Below are positions 22,772-32,475 of a DNA stretch of 42,128 bases, one piece after another. Position numbers and translations under genes: made by a program. The stretch spans positions 1 to 42,128 of the forward strand of contig JALGPX010000104.1 in assembly GCA_023515795.1 (NCBI GenBank), written 5' to 3'. The number at the start of each line of letters is the position of its first letter. Position 1 is the stretch's first letter. A model generated the notes under the pieces. The model ran no database searches. It was not told the DNA's origin and saw nothing but the letters and a program-made list of their open reading frames with translations. Source of the DNA: Amoeboaphelidium occidentale. Lineage: Eukaryota.

Positions 22772-23812
22772 ATGAGCTCGATAGTCAAAAGATTGTTTGC
22801 TAAAAGATTCTTAGCAACAGCAGCAGCTAATGCGACCAAGGCTGTGAATGAACAAGTCGCGTTTCCTTCAGCTGTTCTTTGTAGACTGGAAGAATACTAC
22901 GATACGGTCTTAGCTGAGGATTTACTCGCGTTAAGTTATGATCACAATTTGGCGAATCCTTCTTCCATCTACAGAAAGGAGATAGATCAGCTGAATAAGG
23001 AACATAATCACGAATTTAGAGAATATCAAAGGCTAAAGCTCAAGGAAAGAGAATTGATAGCAAAAGAAGCAGCTGGCAAAGGAAAGAAATCGCGCTCTGA
23101 ACGACTAGCAAACTTCGATCCATCCAAGAAGAGCAGCATCAACGCTGTCAATGCGCCTCCTAAACCAATTGAAACGAGTGAAGCTTATAAAAAGTTTTTG
23201 GATCCTCCAGCGTTAAGTCAGGAAGAATTGGATGCAATGCCTAATGCTTACGAGCGATTACCGAGATTAATTGGCATTAATTTGAAGATGGTGATGCCAA
23301 AAGCTGCTACACATTCAAAGAAGGTTTTACTCAATGGTATGCTAGCTATGCAGCTTGTTACTGGTCAACATGCATCTCTGTATCGTGCTGAGTCTGCGAA
23401 TGTTCAGCTGAGGATTCGAGAAGGATTTCCTATAGGTGTTCAGGCAAAGATCACTGATACCCGCGCCATTTACAATTTCCTAGAGAAGTTTGTGGAGATT
23501 GTTCTTCCGAAGCTGCGAGATTTTAGAGGATTTACTCAAAGCATTGGCGATGGAACAGGAAAACGCTTGAAAATCGAATTAGATTCTGAAGCATGGGACA
23601 GTTTCCCTGAAATCGAATTGGCGTATCTGAAATTCGCTCAAAGAGGTTCTCCGGCTGCATTGCAAAAGTTTGAAATTGAATTCGTTACTAACGCGGCTAA
23701 TGATGAAGATGCAAGATTGTTGCTGAGCGGTTTCAAATTACCGTTAACTTTTAGAGATCCTGTTACTGTGGTCGAAGAAGAAGTTAAAATCGACAATGTT
23801 CATGATGTTTAA
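22772..23812 (+). CDS. Mitochondrial large-subunit ribosomal protein uL5m (MrpL7-like)
   Basis: RLEEYYDTVLAEDLLALSYDH, MQLVTGQ, LRIREGFPIG, YNFLEKFVEIVLPKLRDFRG and DEDARLLLSGF; presequence from ATG 22772. Confidence 0.88.
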   Translation: MSSIVKRLFAKRFLATAAANATKAVNEQVAFPSAVLCRLEEYYDTVLAEDLLALSYDHNLANPSSIYRKEIDQLNKEHNHEFREYQRLKLKERELIAKEAAGKGKKSRSERLANFDPSKKSSINAVNAPPKPIETSEAYKKFLDPPALSQEELDAMPNAYERLPRLIGINLKMVMPKAATHSKKVLLNGMLAMQLVTGQHASLYRAESANVQLRIREGFPIGVQAKITDTRAIYNFLEKFVEIVLPKLRDFRGFTQSIGDGTGKRLKIELDSEAWDSFPEIELAYLKFAQRGSPAALQKFEIEFVTNAANDEDARLLLSGFKLPLTFRDPVTVVEEEVKIDNVHDV

Positions 23813-23944
23813 ATAAATGCCGCAGGGATATAAAAGATGATTTTGTCAAGTAACAGCGCGCAAGACCGATTTCGGTTCCTTTGGTGAGATTTCGATATTG
23901 AAACAACGATATCGTTCTTTCTTTCTGCAAAACACTTCCGGAAG

Positions 23945-25342
23945 ATGGTTGATTATAAAACCTTGGCAATTCAGCTTTCTGTTGGGATTTATCTGTTGGA
24001 ACAGTACCTGTGCTTTAGGCAACATAGAAAGCTTTTAAGTGTCAAGAAAAGAACAGCTGAGCTTGAGCAATTGTTAAGCGAGCAGGAGTTTAAAAAGACA
24101 CGAGCTTATGCTCTTGATAAAAGTTCATTTGGGTTCATTTCAGGTCTGATTACTCAATTGATATACTGGTCCATGCTTTACTATGAGTTTATTCCTTATG
24201 TCTGGTCAGTATCGGCAGATGTCTTGGTTAAGATTGGGTTCACTGCTGCAGCTGGTACCTACTTTGAAGTTTTGCAGACTTTGATGTACTTGAGCATTTT
24301 CGGTATCGTTAATGTATTGTTAACTTTACCTCTAAGTCTGTACTCTACTTTTGTATTGGAACAAAAGCACGGATTCAATAATCAGACTTTGGCACTGTTT
24401 CTGTCTGATATAGTCAAGACTTTGGTGCTGACAGCTGTTATTGGTTATCCCTTTGTGGCTTTGTTCATTTATCTTGTTCGATACACTGGAGAGTCATTCT
24501 ACATGTATGTTTCTCCTTTCGTTCTGCTGTTGCAACTATTCATTCTGACAATTTATCCAACAGTTATTCAACCACTATTCAACAAAGTCGAGCCTTTACC
24601 AGAAGGAAGTCTAAGGACTGCGATCGAGGAATTGGCTTCATCTGTGAATTTTCCTTTAACGAAGCTATTTGTTATTGATGGCTCAAAGAGATCAAATCAT
24701 TCGAATGCATACTTTTACGGTTTCTTCAACAACAAGAGAATCGTCTTATTTGATACCTTATTGGAGCAAGTCAAAGAAACAGAAGATATTGTTGCTGTTT
24801 TAGCTCATGAAATCGGTCACTGGTTTCACTCGCACACTTTGAAGATGGTTGTAGTTGGTCAAGTACACTTATTCATCATGTTTTGGTTCTTTTCTACAAT
24901 GTACAAGAACGCAAAGATGTTTACTGATTTCGGATTCAAAATCAACGAAACATCAACTGGCGTTGAACAGTTTCCAATTGTCGTATCGTTGCTGCTATTT
25001 TCATACTTGTACACGCCAGTTGAAGCGGTTTTATCTTTCGGAATGAACATCATGTCCAGACATTTCGAGTTTCAAGCTGATCAGTATGCTGCTAAAAGGA
25101 ACATGCAACAAGAACTTATTTCTGCTCTACTAAAGTTATCGGTGGAAAACAAGGGTGTCTTGTGGCCTGATGAGTGGTATTCTGCATGGAATCACAGTCA
25201 TCCGCCTGTATTGGAGCGTATTAAAGCGCTTGGAGGAATCAAACCAAAGAAGAATACTTCAAAAGAATCCAAATCACCAATGTCTACTAGGGATGAAAAG
25301 GAGAAGTATCTTTTTGATGAAGTATTGAAAAAGCAGAAATAG
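23945..25342 (+). CDS. STE24: CAAX prenyl protease 1 (M48 zinc metalloprotease)
   Basis: DGSKRSNHSNAYFYG, HEIGH zinc motif, EFQAD, HSHPP; multi-TM; C-terminal KKQK. Confidence 0.96.
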   Translation: MVDYKTLAIQLSVGIYLLEQYLCFRQHRKLLSVKKRTAELEQLLSEQEFKKTRAYALDKSSFGFISGLITQLIYWSMLYYEFIPYVWSVSADVLVKIGFTAAAGTYFEVLQTLMYLSIFGIVNVLLTLPLSLYSTFVLEQKHGFNNQTLALFLSDIVKTLVLTAVIGYPFVALFIYLVRYTGESFYMYVSPFVLLLQLFILTIYPTVIQPLFNKVEPLPEGSLRTAIEELASSVNFPLTKLFVIDGSKRSNHSNAYFYGFFNNKRIVLFDTLLEQVKETEDIVAVLAHEIGHWFHSHTLKMVVVGQVHLFIMFWFFSTMYKNAKMFTDFGFKINETSTGVEQFPIVVSLLLFSYLYTPVEAVLSFGMNIMSRHFEFQADQYAAKRNMQQELISALLKLSVENKGVLWPDEWYSAWNHSHPPVLERIKALGGIKPKKNTSKESKSPMSTRDEKEKYLFDEVLKKQK

Positions 25343-25429
25343 AAATGAGTATCTTCCGACGTTTTAATAATTTATTTTAATGGTGATGATCAGATTGTGT
25401 GTTGGGCATAAAAACCATTCGATAACTAT

Positions 25430-26276
25430 TCACGCCTGAGCAGGCTTTCTGAATTCAGATAGTACAGGATAAATCAACTCAAACGCTTGATAAATCTCCT
25501 CCCTAACTTTGGCGCCTGTAAGAACAATCTTGCCAGAAACAAAGATCAATAGAACAATCTTTGGCTTGACCATTCTGTAAATCAGACCAGGAAACAGTTC
25601 AGGTTCATATGATGAATAATGTCCGTGCGCGTAAGCCAAACCTTCCAAACGAATCGGAAACTGGACATCGCAACTACCCACAATATTCTGAATCTTGAAT
25701 TCTGTGAACTTTGCTGGAAATCCGAGCTTTTGAATAATACGAGCGTACTTTCTACACAGGGAAAAGGTAAGACTTATGCTTTCAAAAAGCAATAAAACGG
25801 CACCTGGCTGCCAATCTGCTCAAATCCTCAGTCCGAGCACCGGTAACCACCATTTTGCCACTAGCAAATATGAGCGCTGTAGTCTTTGGATCCCTAATTC
25901 TCATAATGACAGCAGCAAATCGCTAATAGAATGAATAATAAGTCTTACTCAAAGAATAGGCGAATGAACTCACCTTTGGATTATACTCGGCATTTCTAGA
26001 ATGAAGCGCAATCGTCTTCAGATCCAATTTGCAGTCTAAGTTTACAGTAGCGACAATATTTTGAAGTGTTGGTACTATTCCGGATGGATGCGCTCCAGTG
26101 GTTGTAGCTGCTGCTGCTCCAGCTCCAGTAGCAGAACCGGATCCTTCAGCTTCAGCGTTTTCAGGCTGCGTAGAGCTGCCTTGGCTTTGAGTGGATGCAA
26201 TGATTTCAGGTGGCCCTACTTGCTGCTGCTGCTGCTGCTGATTCTGTTGCGGTAAGAAAAGATTAAATTGATCCAT
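25430..26276 (-). CDS. TBP: TATA-binding protein; 3 exons
   Basis: [16 protein letters not shown]...[16 protein letters not shown]...[15 protein letters not shown]...[14 protein letters not shown]-rich N-terminus. Confidence 0.97.
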
Positions 26277-26349
26277 AGTCCACTTCACTTCTGAATTCGC
26301 ACTTCCACGTCAAGCAAGAAAAGAAAAACGGCGGCGAGCGATTTCTGTG

Positions 26350-26465
26350 ATAGTGATTGGCTCAAGCGATCCAATTGGCCAGATAGTGCAATAAACTTTA
26401 CCGGCCATAACCTTTATTTTGTGGATAAATAGAGCTGCATCTTTTATGCAGCGGTCACTGATTTT
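26350..26465 (-). ncRNA. Candidate omegaRNA-like structured RNA downstream of the Fanzor-like remnant
   Basis: Four consecutive hairpins with a possible closing AGTGA/TCACT stem directly after the remnant's stop codon; one helix needs a G-U pair available only on the minus strand. Confidence 0.35.
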
Positions 26466-26470
26466 TCGGC

Positions 26471-26830
26471 TCAGACTTGCCTACTGAAACTTGGGTGTCT
26501 TTCTCCGGTTAAACAGTAATGAACTGCGACATTAGCCATGTAATGAGCTGCTGTAACATCATTCTTAACAACGAGATTCTACCCAGTTGAGGTCTTATAG
26601 TCTTTGCACTTCAGAATTCTATTTCCTTCATTCTCGGATTATGTCAAGAGGATAAGAGCTTCTTGGAGTATTTACGGAAAGCTATCGATGCTTCTTCTTT
26701 ACCAACACTTCCTTCAACTTGATCACATCCGGTTTCATATTCTCTGTCAGTATCACTTTACCCTGAACTTCAAACATCTTGTCAATCGCTTACAAAGCTG
26801 CGCAGAGCGTCCTGTCAACGCTTTTATGAG
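26471..26830 (-). pseudogene. Decayed Fanzor/TnpB-like (RuvC + Zn-ribbon) C-terminal fragment
   Basis: Across frameshifts and stops: DRTL/AQLCKRLT ... KPDVIKLKEVLVKEEASIAFRKYSKKLLSS*HN ... RILKCKDYKTSTG*NLVVKNDVTAAHYMANVAVHYCLTGERHPSFSRQV*; motif order follows Fanzor (TSKxCxxC, CxxC, NRDxNAAxN, RPxxFxR). Confidence 0.55.
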
Positions 26831-27006
26831 TTCAAACAACATCCAAGACACACTGAACATGGATCTTGAGTTAATTTGAATCCACGAAACCTGGGCTCAT
26901 ATATCTAATCCCGCTACAGGGCGCGAATTTAAAATTTCACCTCTTTAATTTTAATATATTTCTCCAAGAGTCATAAGGCGATGAAATCTGAAACGATTTT
27001 TCTTGA

Positions 27007-29484
27007 TCATAGTACCATGTACTCCTGCAACTGCTCTTCCATCATTTGCTGACTCTCTACAGCAGCCAATGCAACAATCTTTTTCAGAACACCAATATCC
27101 TTTTCATTACTCGAGTGTTGCATCATTACATCTAGACCCTTCTTGTACTCTTTCCTCCTCAATAATATCAACCATTTCAATTCCTGACTCAAAGTAGCTG
27201 CATATTCCTGTAATTTAAATTCCCTCTGCAACTCTTCCATAAACAGAATATCCATCAATTCCTTCAATCTTCTCTGTGCCATATACTCTTCTACTAAACA
27301 TTTAACAAACTCCTTGCCATACTCTGTACACAAATCAAACAACATACTACTCTGATTAGAAGACGAAGAAGAAGTTGCTTCACTTAATGCTACTAATCCA
27401 TACAATAATTTGTATCGTTCACATAATTGTATAGCCAGAATATTATTGTACTGACTCAAATTCTTGATGACACTAACTACAACAGATTTATAATCATCAT
27501 CATCATCATCATCATCATTATTATTATTATCATTATTCTCAGTGGAAGAATCTTCAGTACTGTAATTGTGCATAAAGTACACTAATAATTCACTCATTTT
27601 AACCAAATACTCTCCATCCAGAACCGAAAGAGCACAATCATACACATTTCTCAACAATTCAACAGAATTCGCACTGACACTAACATTACCCACACTCAAG
27701 TATGGATAATAACAACACAAACACAATTCAACCAATCTCAACAATGACTCTTCATCTTGTCCTGTAGCAGTATTAATCTGATCATTGTAATACAATTCCA
27801 CCAATTCTTCTATTCTATCCAAATACAATTGAAAGAATACCTTGACCAAACCAAAACTTTTTTGTTCCAATTCCATCACCAACAATCTTTTCAGCACAAG
27901 TGATTCAACAAATTCTGAATTCACAGTATAATACCTAAACAATTCTCTACCAGCCAACAATCTTACTGAGAATTTAAAACAATCCTCATAAACACTCTTG
28001 TCAGTGATTTGATTTCTCTCCAAATAATCCAATAATCGTTGCAACATTTCACTCTTTTCTTTCAATACATCCAATACATCTTCTTTTGTACTGAATCTGT
28101 ACAACTTTTCTAAAACTCTGCAAAGACTCGCCTTTAATTTAAGATTAAATCCTTTCTCATTAGATTTATGTTGTCTCAATAAAACAGATACATTCTGTGT
28201 AGAAAATGCAACCAAATCCAAAATCCTATCAATCTCTTCATGATCATCAGTATCCTCAGTATTCTGGTTCAAAGCAGTCAAGTCTTTAGAAGAAGCAGTA
28301 ATATATGGATAATATTCTAATGAATACAAGACAGCTTCTCCATCAATACCAGAATCAGATAGAATGTAGTACAAGTGTTCCTTTGATAGAGAAACTACAG
28401 AAGATATTCCAATAATTCTAATGACGTCATACAATTCCAATTTATCCTTCTGAGTAAGAATAAAAGTAGAAATCTCTTTTGTAGAATAAACAGAAACCAA
28501 CTGGTGATTGTCTCCCACAACAATGGAAGTACACAATTTACCATTTAATACTTTGACACTATTTCCATCATTAATTACAGAAACAGAAGAAGAATCATTA
28601 TTGTTGTTGTATACTCTATACATTTTACCATTACTACACAATACAATCAAACTAAAATCTTCTTCTTTATCTTCAGTAGTAGAATTAACTACAATTACAA
28701 AATCAGATACAACACCACAATCTCTTCCTTCTGTAATAGAAATATCTTTAATGTGTTGTAGTAATTCTGTATTTTGATTATACTTGTAATACTCTATAAC
28801 AATTCCATTCTCTTTTAATATAAACACTGAATCATCATTCCAAGATTTCATTACAACAACATTAGAGAAAGTATTATTAGAAGAAGTATTATTAGAAAAA
28901 AGAATAGAAATAAATTTTTTGCAGTGATAAACCTTCTTTAATAAATTTCTACTGTTTAAAAAGTATATACTAAAATTAGAATTCAATCCATCTTGTTTAG
29001 AAAGTAAAAGGAAACCATCTCTAAATGGACATACACTGGAAGTAATGATTGAAGGTAATTCAACAGAATATTTTTCCACACCATCAAATGAATAAATTTT
29101 TAGTAGTGATTGTGATTGTGACTGAATTACAAGTATTTCTCCTGTAGTAGTATTAACATCAACAAAAGATGAATCAGATGAATCAAAAGGAATAGAAATC
29201 AATTCAAATGTTTTTGTATTATACAATTGTAATGACTCATCATCATCCTTCTTTATGCTAATCACATGAGGTATTCCTTCCTTTGATACAAATACTCTTC
29301 TACTATTTAAAAAAGTAAAAGTAGAAATAGAATCTTCTCTTTTTAGAATTCTCTTTTCATTCTGTAAAATAATTTCATTATTATTATTATTATTAGAAAA
29401 AGAAGAAGAAGAAGAAGAAGGATGTTGTTGTTGAGTGGTTGATTTAGCAGTTGTTGTATTTAATTTGGAGTATTTTGAAAACAT
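27007..29484 (-). CDS. Nucleoporin Nup133-like (N-terminal propeller + helical domain), short C-terminus
   Basis: 825-aa ORF; AIQLCERYKLLYGLVALSE...YGKEFVKCLVEEYMAQRRLKELM...LKWL matches the Nup133 helical signature by eye; 5' end duplicated across an N. Confidence 0.65.
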   Translation of the reverse strand: MFSKYSKLNTTTAKSTTQQQHPSSSSSSFSNNNNNNEIILQNEKRILKREDSISTFTFLNSRRVFVSKEGIPHVISIKKDDDESLQLYNTKTFELISIPFDSSDSSFVDVNTTTGEILVIQSQSQSLLKIYSFDGVEKYSVELPSIITSSVCPFRDGFLLLSKQDGLNSNFSIYFLNSRNLLKKVYHCKKFISILFSNNTSSNNTFSNVVVMKSWNDDSVFILKENGIVIEYYKYNQNTELLQHIKDISITEGRDCGVVSDFVIVVNSTTEDKEEDFSLIVLCSNGKMYRVYNNNNDSSSVSVINDGNSVKVLNGKLCTSIVVGDNHQLVSVYSTKEISTFILTQKDKLELYDVIRIIGISSVVSLSKEHLYYILSDSGIDGEAVLYSLEYYPYITASSKDLTALNQNTEDTDDHEEIDRILDLVAFSTQNVSVLLRQHKSNEKGFNLKLKASLCRVLEKLYRFSTKEDVLDVLKEKSEMLQRLLDYLERNQITDKSVYEDCFKFSVRLLAGRELFRYYTVNSEFVESLVLKRLLVMELEQKSFGLVKVFFQLYLDRIEELVELYYNDQINTATGQDEESLLRLVELCLCCYYPYLSVGNVSVSANSVELLRNVYDCALSVLDGEYLVKMSELLVYFMHNYSTEDSSTENNDNNNNDDDDDDDDYKSVVVSVIKNLSQYNNILAIQLCERYKLLYGLVALSEATSSSSSNQSSMLFDLCTEYGKEFVKCLVEEYMAQRRLKELMDILFMEELQREFKLQEYAATLSQELKWLILLRRKEYKKGLDVMMQHSSNEKDIGVLKKIVALAAVESQQMMEEQLQEYMVL

Positions 29485-29575
29485 TCAATCAGTTTTCTTA
29501 TNACTATTTAAAAAAGTAAAAGTAGAAATAGAATCTTCTCTTTTTAGAATTCTCTTTTCATTCTGTAAAATAATT

Positions 29576-29608
<33 letters not shown>

Positions 29609-29705
29609 GAAAAAGAAGAAGAAGGATGTTGTTGTTGAGTGGTTGATTTAGCAGTTGTTGTATTTAATTTGGAGTATTTTGAAAACATTCAATCAGTTTT
29701 CTTAT
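29302..29705. repeat. Gap-flanking duplication (29302-29501 vs 29503-29705)
   Basis: About 200-nt copies around a single N, differing in (TTA)n and (GAA)n lengths. Confidence 0.9.
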
Positions 29706-29845
29706 AGAAAAGAAGAAGAGGGTGTGATTGGCGAGTTTAGATTCTCAACAATTGCAAAAAAAAAAAACTAAACATAAAGGTCTTGATAGTCTCTGTAACT
29801 CCTTTTATTATTAAGAACAATGAATCCACCCTTCTTTCCTTCCAT

Positions 29846-30369
29846 TTAAAGTGGCTCCCCATTATCTATCCATTTGATTATTGGAGGTTTAACAGGATTT
29901 CCTTCCAAATCATAAGCTGGAAAATGGAATTTCCTTGTCTCATAAGGACTCTCTCCAACAGTCCATCCTTCAACAGACTTCATAATTTCTGCTTCTTTTT
30001 TTAATTCTTCTTGTCTCCACACCATCCACTCTCTATTAAATTTGAGTAAACACTACATAGTATAAACCTTACCGATCCATTTCTGATTGAAGGAGTGGTA
30101 ACATGTACAGTCTTGCATAGGATTTCTCTCTTTTTAATTCTCTTCTTTCTCTCCACATTCTAGCTATATTGTATCCCCTAAGAGAGAAATCAGGTATTGT
30201 TATTGAAGGAGATCCCTTACCCAATTAGAGATAGGAAAGTTAAAGTGCCTCCAACTAGAGCCATGGATATTGGTTTTGTTGGAATGTTTCTTGTGAATTT
30301 TATTTTTGGGTATCCTCCCTGAGGTGGTAAATCCTGATTGTATTTAGGGCGGAAAGATGAGGAGTTGGA

Positions 30370-30372
<3 letters not shown>
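29846..30372 (-). CDS. NDUFA13: Complex I subunit GRIM-19/NDUFA13; 3 exons
   Basis: Not in the ORF track. Spliced MSNSSSFRPKYNQDLPPQGGYPKIKFTRNIP...ELKREKSYARLYMLPLLQSEMDR...EAEIMKSVEGWTVGESPY. Confidence 0.92.
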
Positions 30373-30374
<2 letters not shown>

Positions 30375-30403
<29 letters not shown>

Positions 30404-30490
30404 AAGAGAAAAGAAAAAGAAAAGAAAAGATAAAATTTGGATCAATGTGCTCCTTTTTCTGTTTTATTTCCACTCTCTCTCTCTCTCTCT
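30375..30490. repeat. Microsatellites (GATT)n, A-rich tract and (CT)n
   Basis: Visible directly between the NDUFA13 start and the hydrolase stop. Confidence 0.85.
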
Positions 30491-30498
30491 CAGATTTC

Positions 30499-32166
30499 TC
30501 AACACTTGTGCCTTTCAATCTTTGATGTATTACGTTCTCCTTCTTCCATATCGTCTTTTGCTTGTTTTAAGACTTTTTCAAATAGTTTCTCATTAAAGTA
30601 CATGAATACATGGAACATATCCTCATAGGCTTTGATTATTAATGCATTATTTGATTTTTCTTGTTCTTCTTGCTGTTGGTATACTTCTACAACATCAGTG
30701 TCCTGTTTCATGTCTCTGATTTCAATTGTAGTATCTTTTAAATCTGATAATTCTACTTCTTCTTTCTTCCCATTATTAATCGATTTAGTGTAGTATAGTA
30801 GTGACTCTGAAAAGAGTATTTCACATGTGCCTACAACTATGATTTGTCTTCGTGGTAGTGTTGATGTTTTCAGATTATGGTGATAGACTGGACTAATGTA
30901 TGGGACAAGTTTTGCTATTTTGTCGCATTCTTCTTGTACACTACCAGGGCCTGAAACACCAATTAATTCCACGCCTTCCATTCCTTTCAAGTACAGAATA
31001 TTTGGATTCAATCTTTTTGGTTTGTTCTTGTCTATAAGGATATCAAATTCAATATTCAATTCAATTGAAGGTAGACTTAGAGTAGTGTCAAGGAATGGAG
31101 AGAATGTTACTAGAGCTTTCAATTTTGACATGTCCAGTGTTCCCTCATGCAATTGGAATTCTTGTTCTAGAGCATGTTGATAGTCTCTAACAAATAGGAC
31201 AAGAGCATGTGCCAAATTACCACCAGCAGAATCGCCATGAATTATTAAATTTTCTACAGCAACACTGCAGTCTTTAACAAGATGAATCAGTGCAGTCACA
31301 CAGTCAAATAATGCAGAAGGGTACTTGTACTCTGGTGCTAACCTGTAATCAACAACAAATGCACGAGCATTCCAAGCATTACTCAACCTAGCAGCAACAT
31401 CTCTGTGACTGTCAGAGTTCAGAATTATAAAAGCGCCACCGTGAATTGTCAGGATTGTATCTTTACCAGGAATTTCATTGTTAGTGGTTGTTGCTTGAAC
31501 CCATTCACAGTGCAACTTGTCATGTGGTGACTCTTGGTTGGGAATGTATTTAGAAAGAACTTTGTGTTCCAGAATGCTCTGATTGTATTTCTGTTCGTGC
31601 TTCACTTCTATGCCCGCTGGAATGCCGTTAGGACAAATCGTATTCAGTTTATCATCAAGTCTATCTAAATGAACATGATCTAATTGCAGGGTAGGATATT
31701 TCTTTTTGGTCTTTTCAGGACTTGAAACTAGGAACTTTTCGATTTTAACTCTTGACTCCAGCAGCTGTTGCATTATAGAAACGGTTCTAGGTCTGTTCTC
31801 GAGGTCAAACTGAACATTCTGGTCATCATCATTAGAAGCTGCTCTTGTGGCAGAAGTAGAATTAATAACTGCGCCACCATCAGGTAATGACGGCACTTTG
31901 ATTGCAGTCAGAAAGTCCCTAGTGATGTGCACTTTCAAATGAGTTTCCAGATTCCATGTTTCTCTTANNNNNNNNNNNNNNNNNNNNNTAGAATTAATAA
32001 CTGCGCCACCATCAGGTAATGAAGGCACTTTGATTGCAGTCAGAAAGTCCCTAGTGATGTGCACTTTCAAATGAGTTTCCAGATTCCATGTTTCTCTTAG
32101 TTTCCCTTTTGTCCAGTAGTCGAATGTCGCGCTTGAAACTTTACCAATGAAGTTCAAGAATTCCAT
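30499..32166 (-). CDS. Hormone-sensitive-lipase-family (GDXG) alpha/beta hydrolase
   Basis: IHGGAF oxyanion motif, VDYRLAPE, GDSAGG nucleophile, YEDMFHVF; N-terminal part artefactually duplicated at the gap. Confidence 0.9.
   Translation of the reverse strand: MEFLNFIGKVSSATFDYWTKGKLRETWNLETHLKVHITRDFLTAIKVPSLPDGGAVINSXXXXXXXXRETWNLETHLKVHITRDFLTAIKVPSLPDGGAVINSTSATRAASNDDDQNVQFDLENRPRTVSIMQQLLESRVKIEKFLVSSPEKTKKKYPTLQLDHVHLDRLDDKLNTICPNGIPAGIEVKHEQKYNQSILEHKVLSKYIPNQESPHDKLHCEWVQATTTNNEIPGKDTILTIHGGAFIILNSDSHRDVAARLSNAWNARAFVVDYRLAPEYKYPSALFDCVTALIHLVKDCSVAVENLIIHGDSAGGNLAHALVLFVRDYQHALEQEFQLHEGTLDMSKLKALVTFSPFLDTTLSLPSIELNIEFDILIDKNKPKRLNPNILYLKGMEGVELIGVSGPGSVQEECDKIAKLVPYISPVYHHNLKTSTLPRRQIIVVGTCEILFSESLLYYTKSINNGKKEEVELSDLKDTTIEIRDMKQDTDVVEVYQQQEEQEKSNNALIIKAYEDMFHVFMYFNEKLFEKVLKQAKDDMEEGERNTSKIERHKC
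31857..32099. repeat. Gap-flanking duplication (31857-31967 vs 31989-32099)
   Basis: 111-nt copies around an N run; one synonymous SNP (gacggc vs gaaggc). Confidence 0.9.
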
Positions 32167-32475
32167 TTCGAAAAAGGTCAATTGTCACAAGAAATGGAGC
32201 TCGCGCACTAAAAGCTTCAAGTGATTACGTCAGTGAAGAACGCAATTTAGATTTACATAAGATATCGGTTAATCGTTTCTCAATACGCTAAAATCGTGTT
32301 TATTTATTCGTTTCAAGTTTACGGCTCAAGTTTTAAGGAGAATTCAATTGGCGTTCTGCAATTGGCTGAGATTTTTGAAGTTCCGCTTGAGCAGGTTCCA
32401 AAGTTTCAAGAGCGAATTTTCCGAGAGAGTTTTGCGTGGGACTTTTCTTACTATTGTTAGTTGAATTCACATAGA

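Noticed and set aside
26911..26925. CGCGCCCTGTAGCGG (minus strand) resembles the start of the f1 origin
   Set aside because: Only about 15 nt with no further vector sequence; probably coincidental
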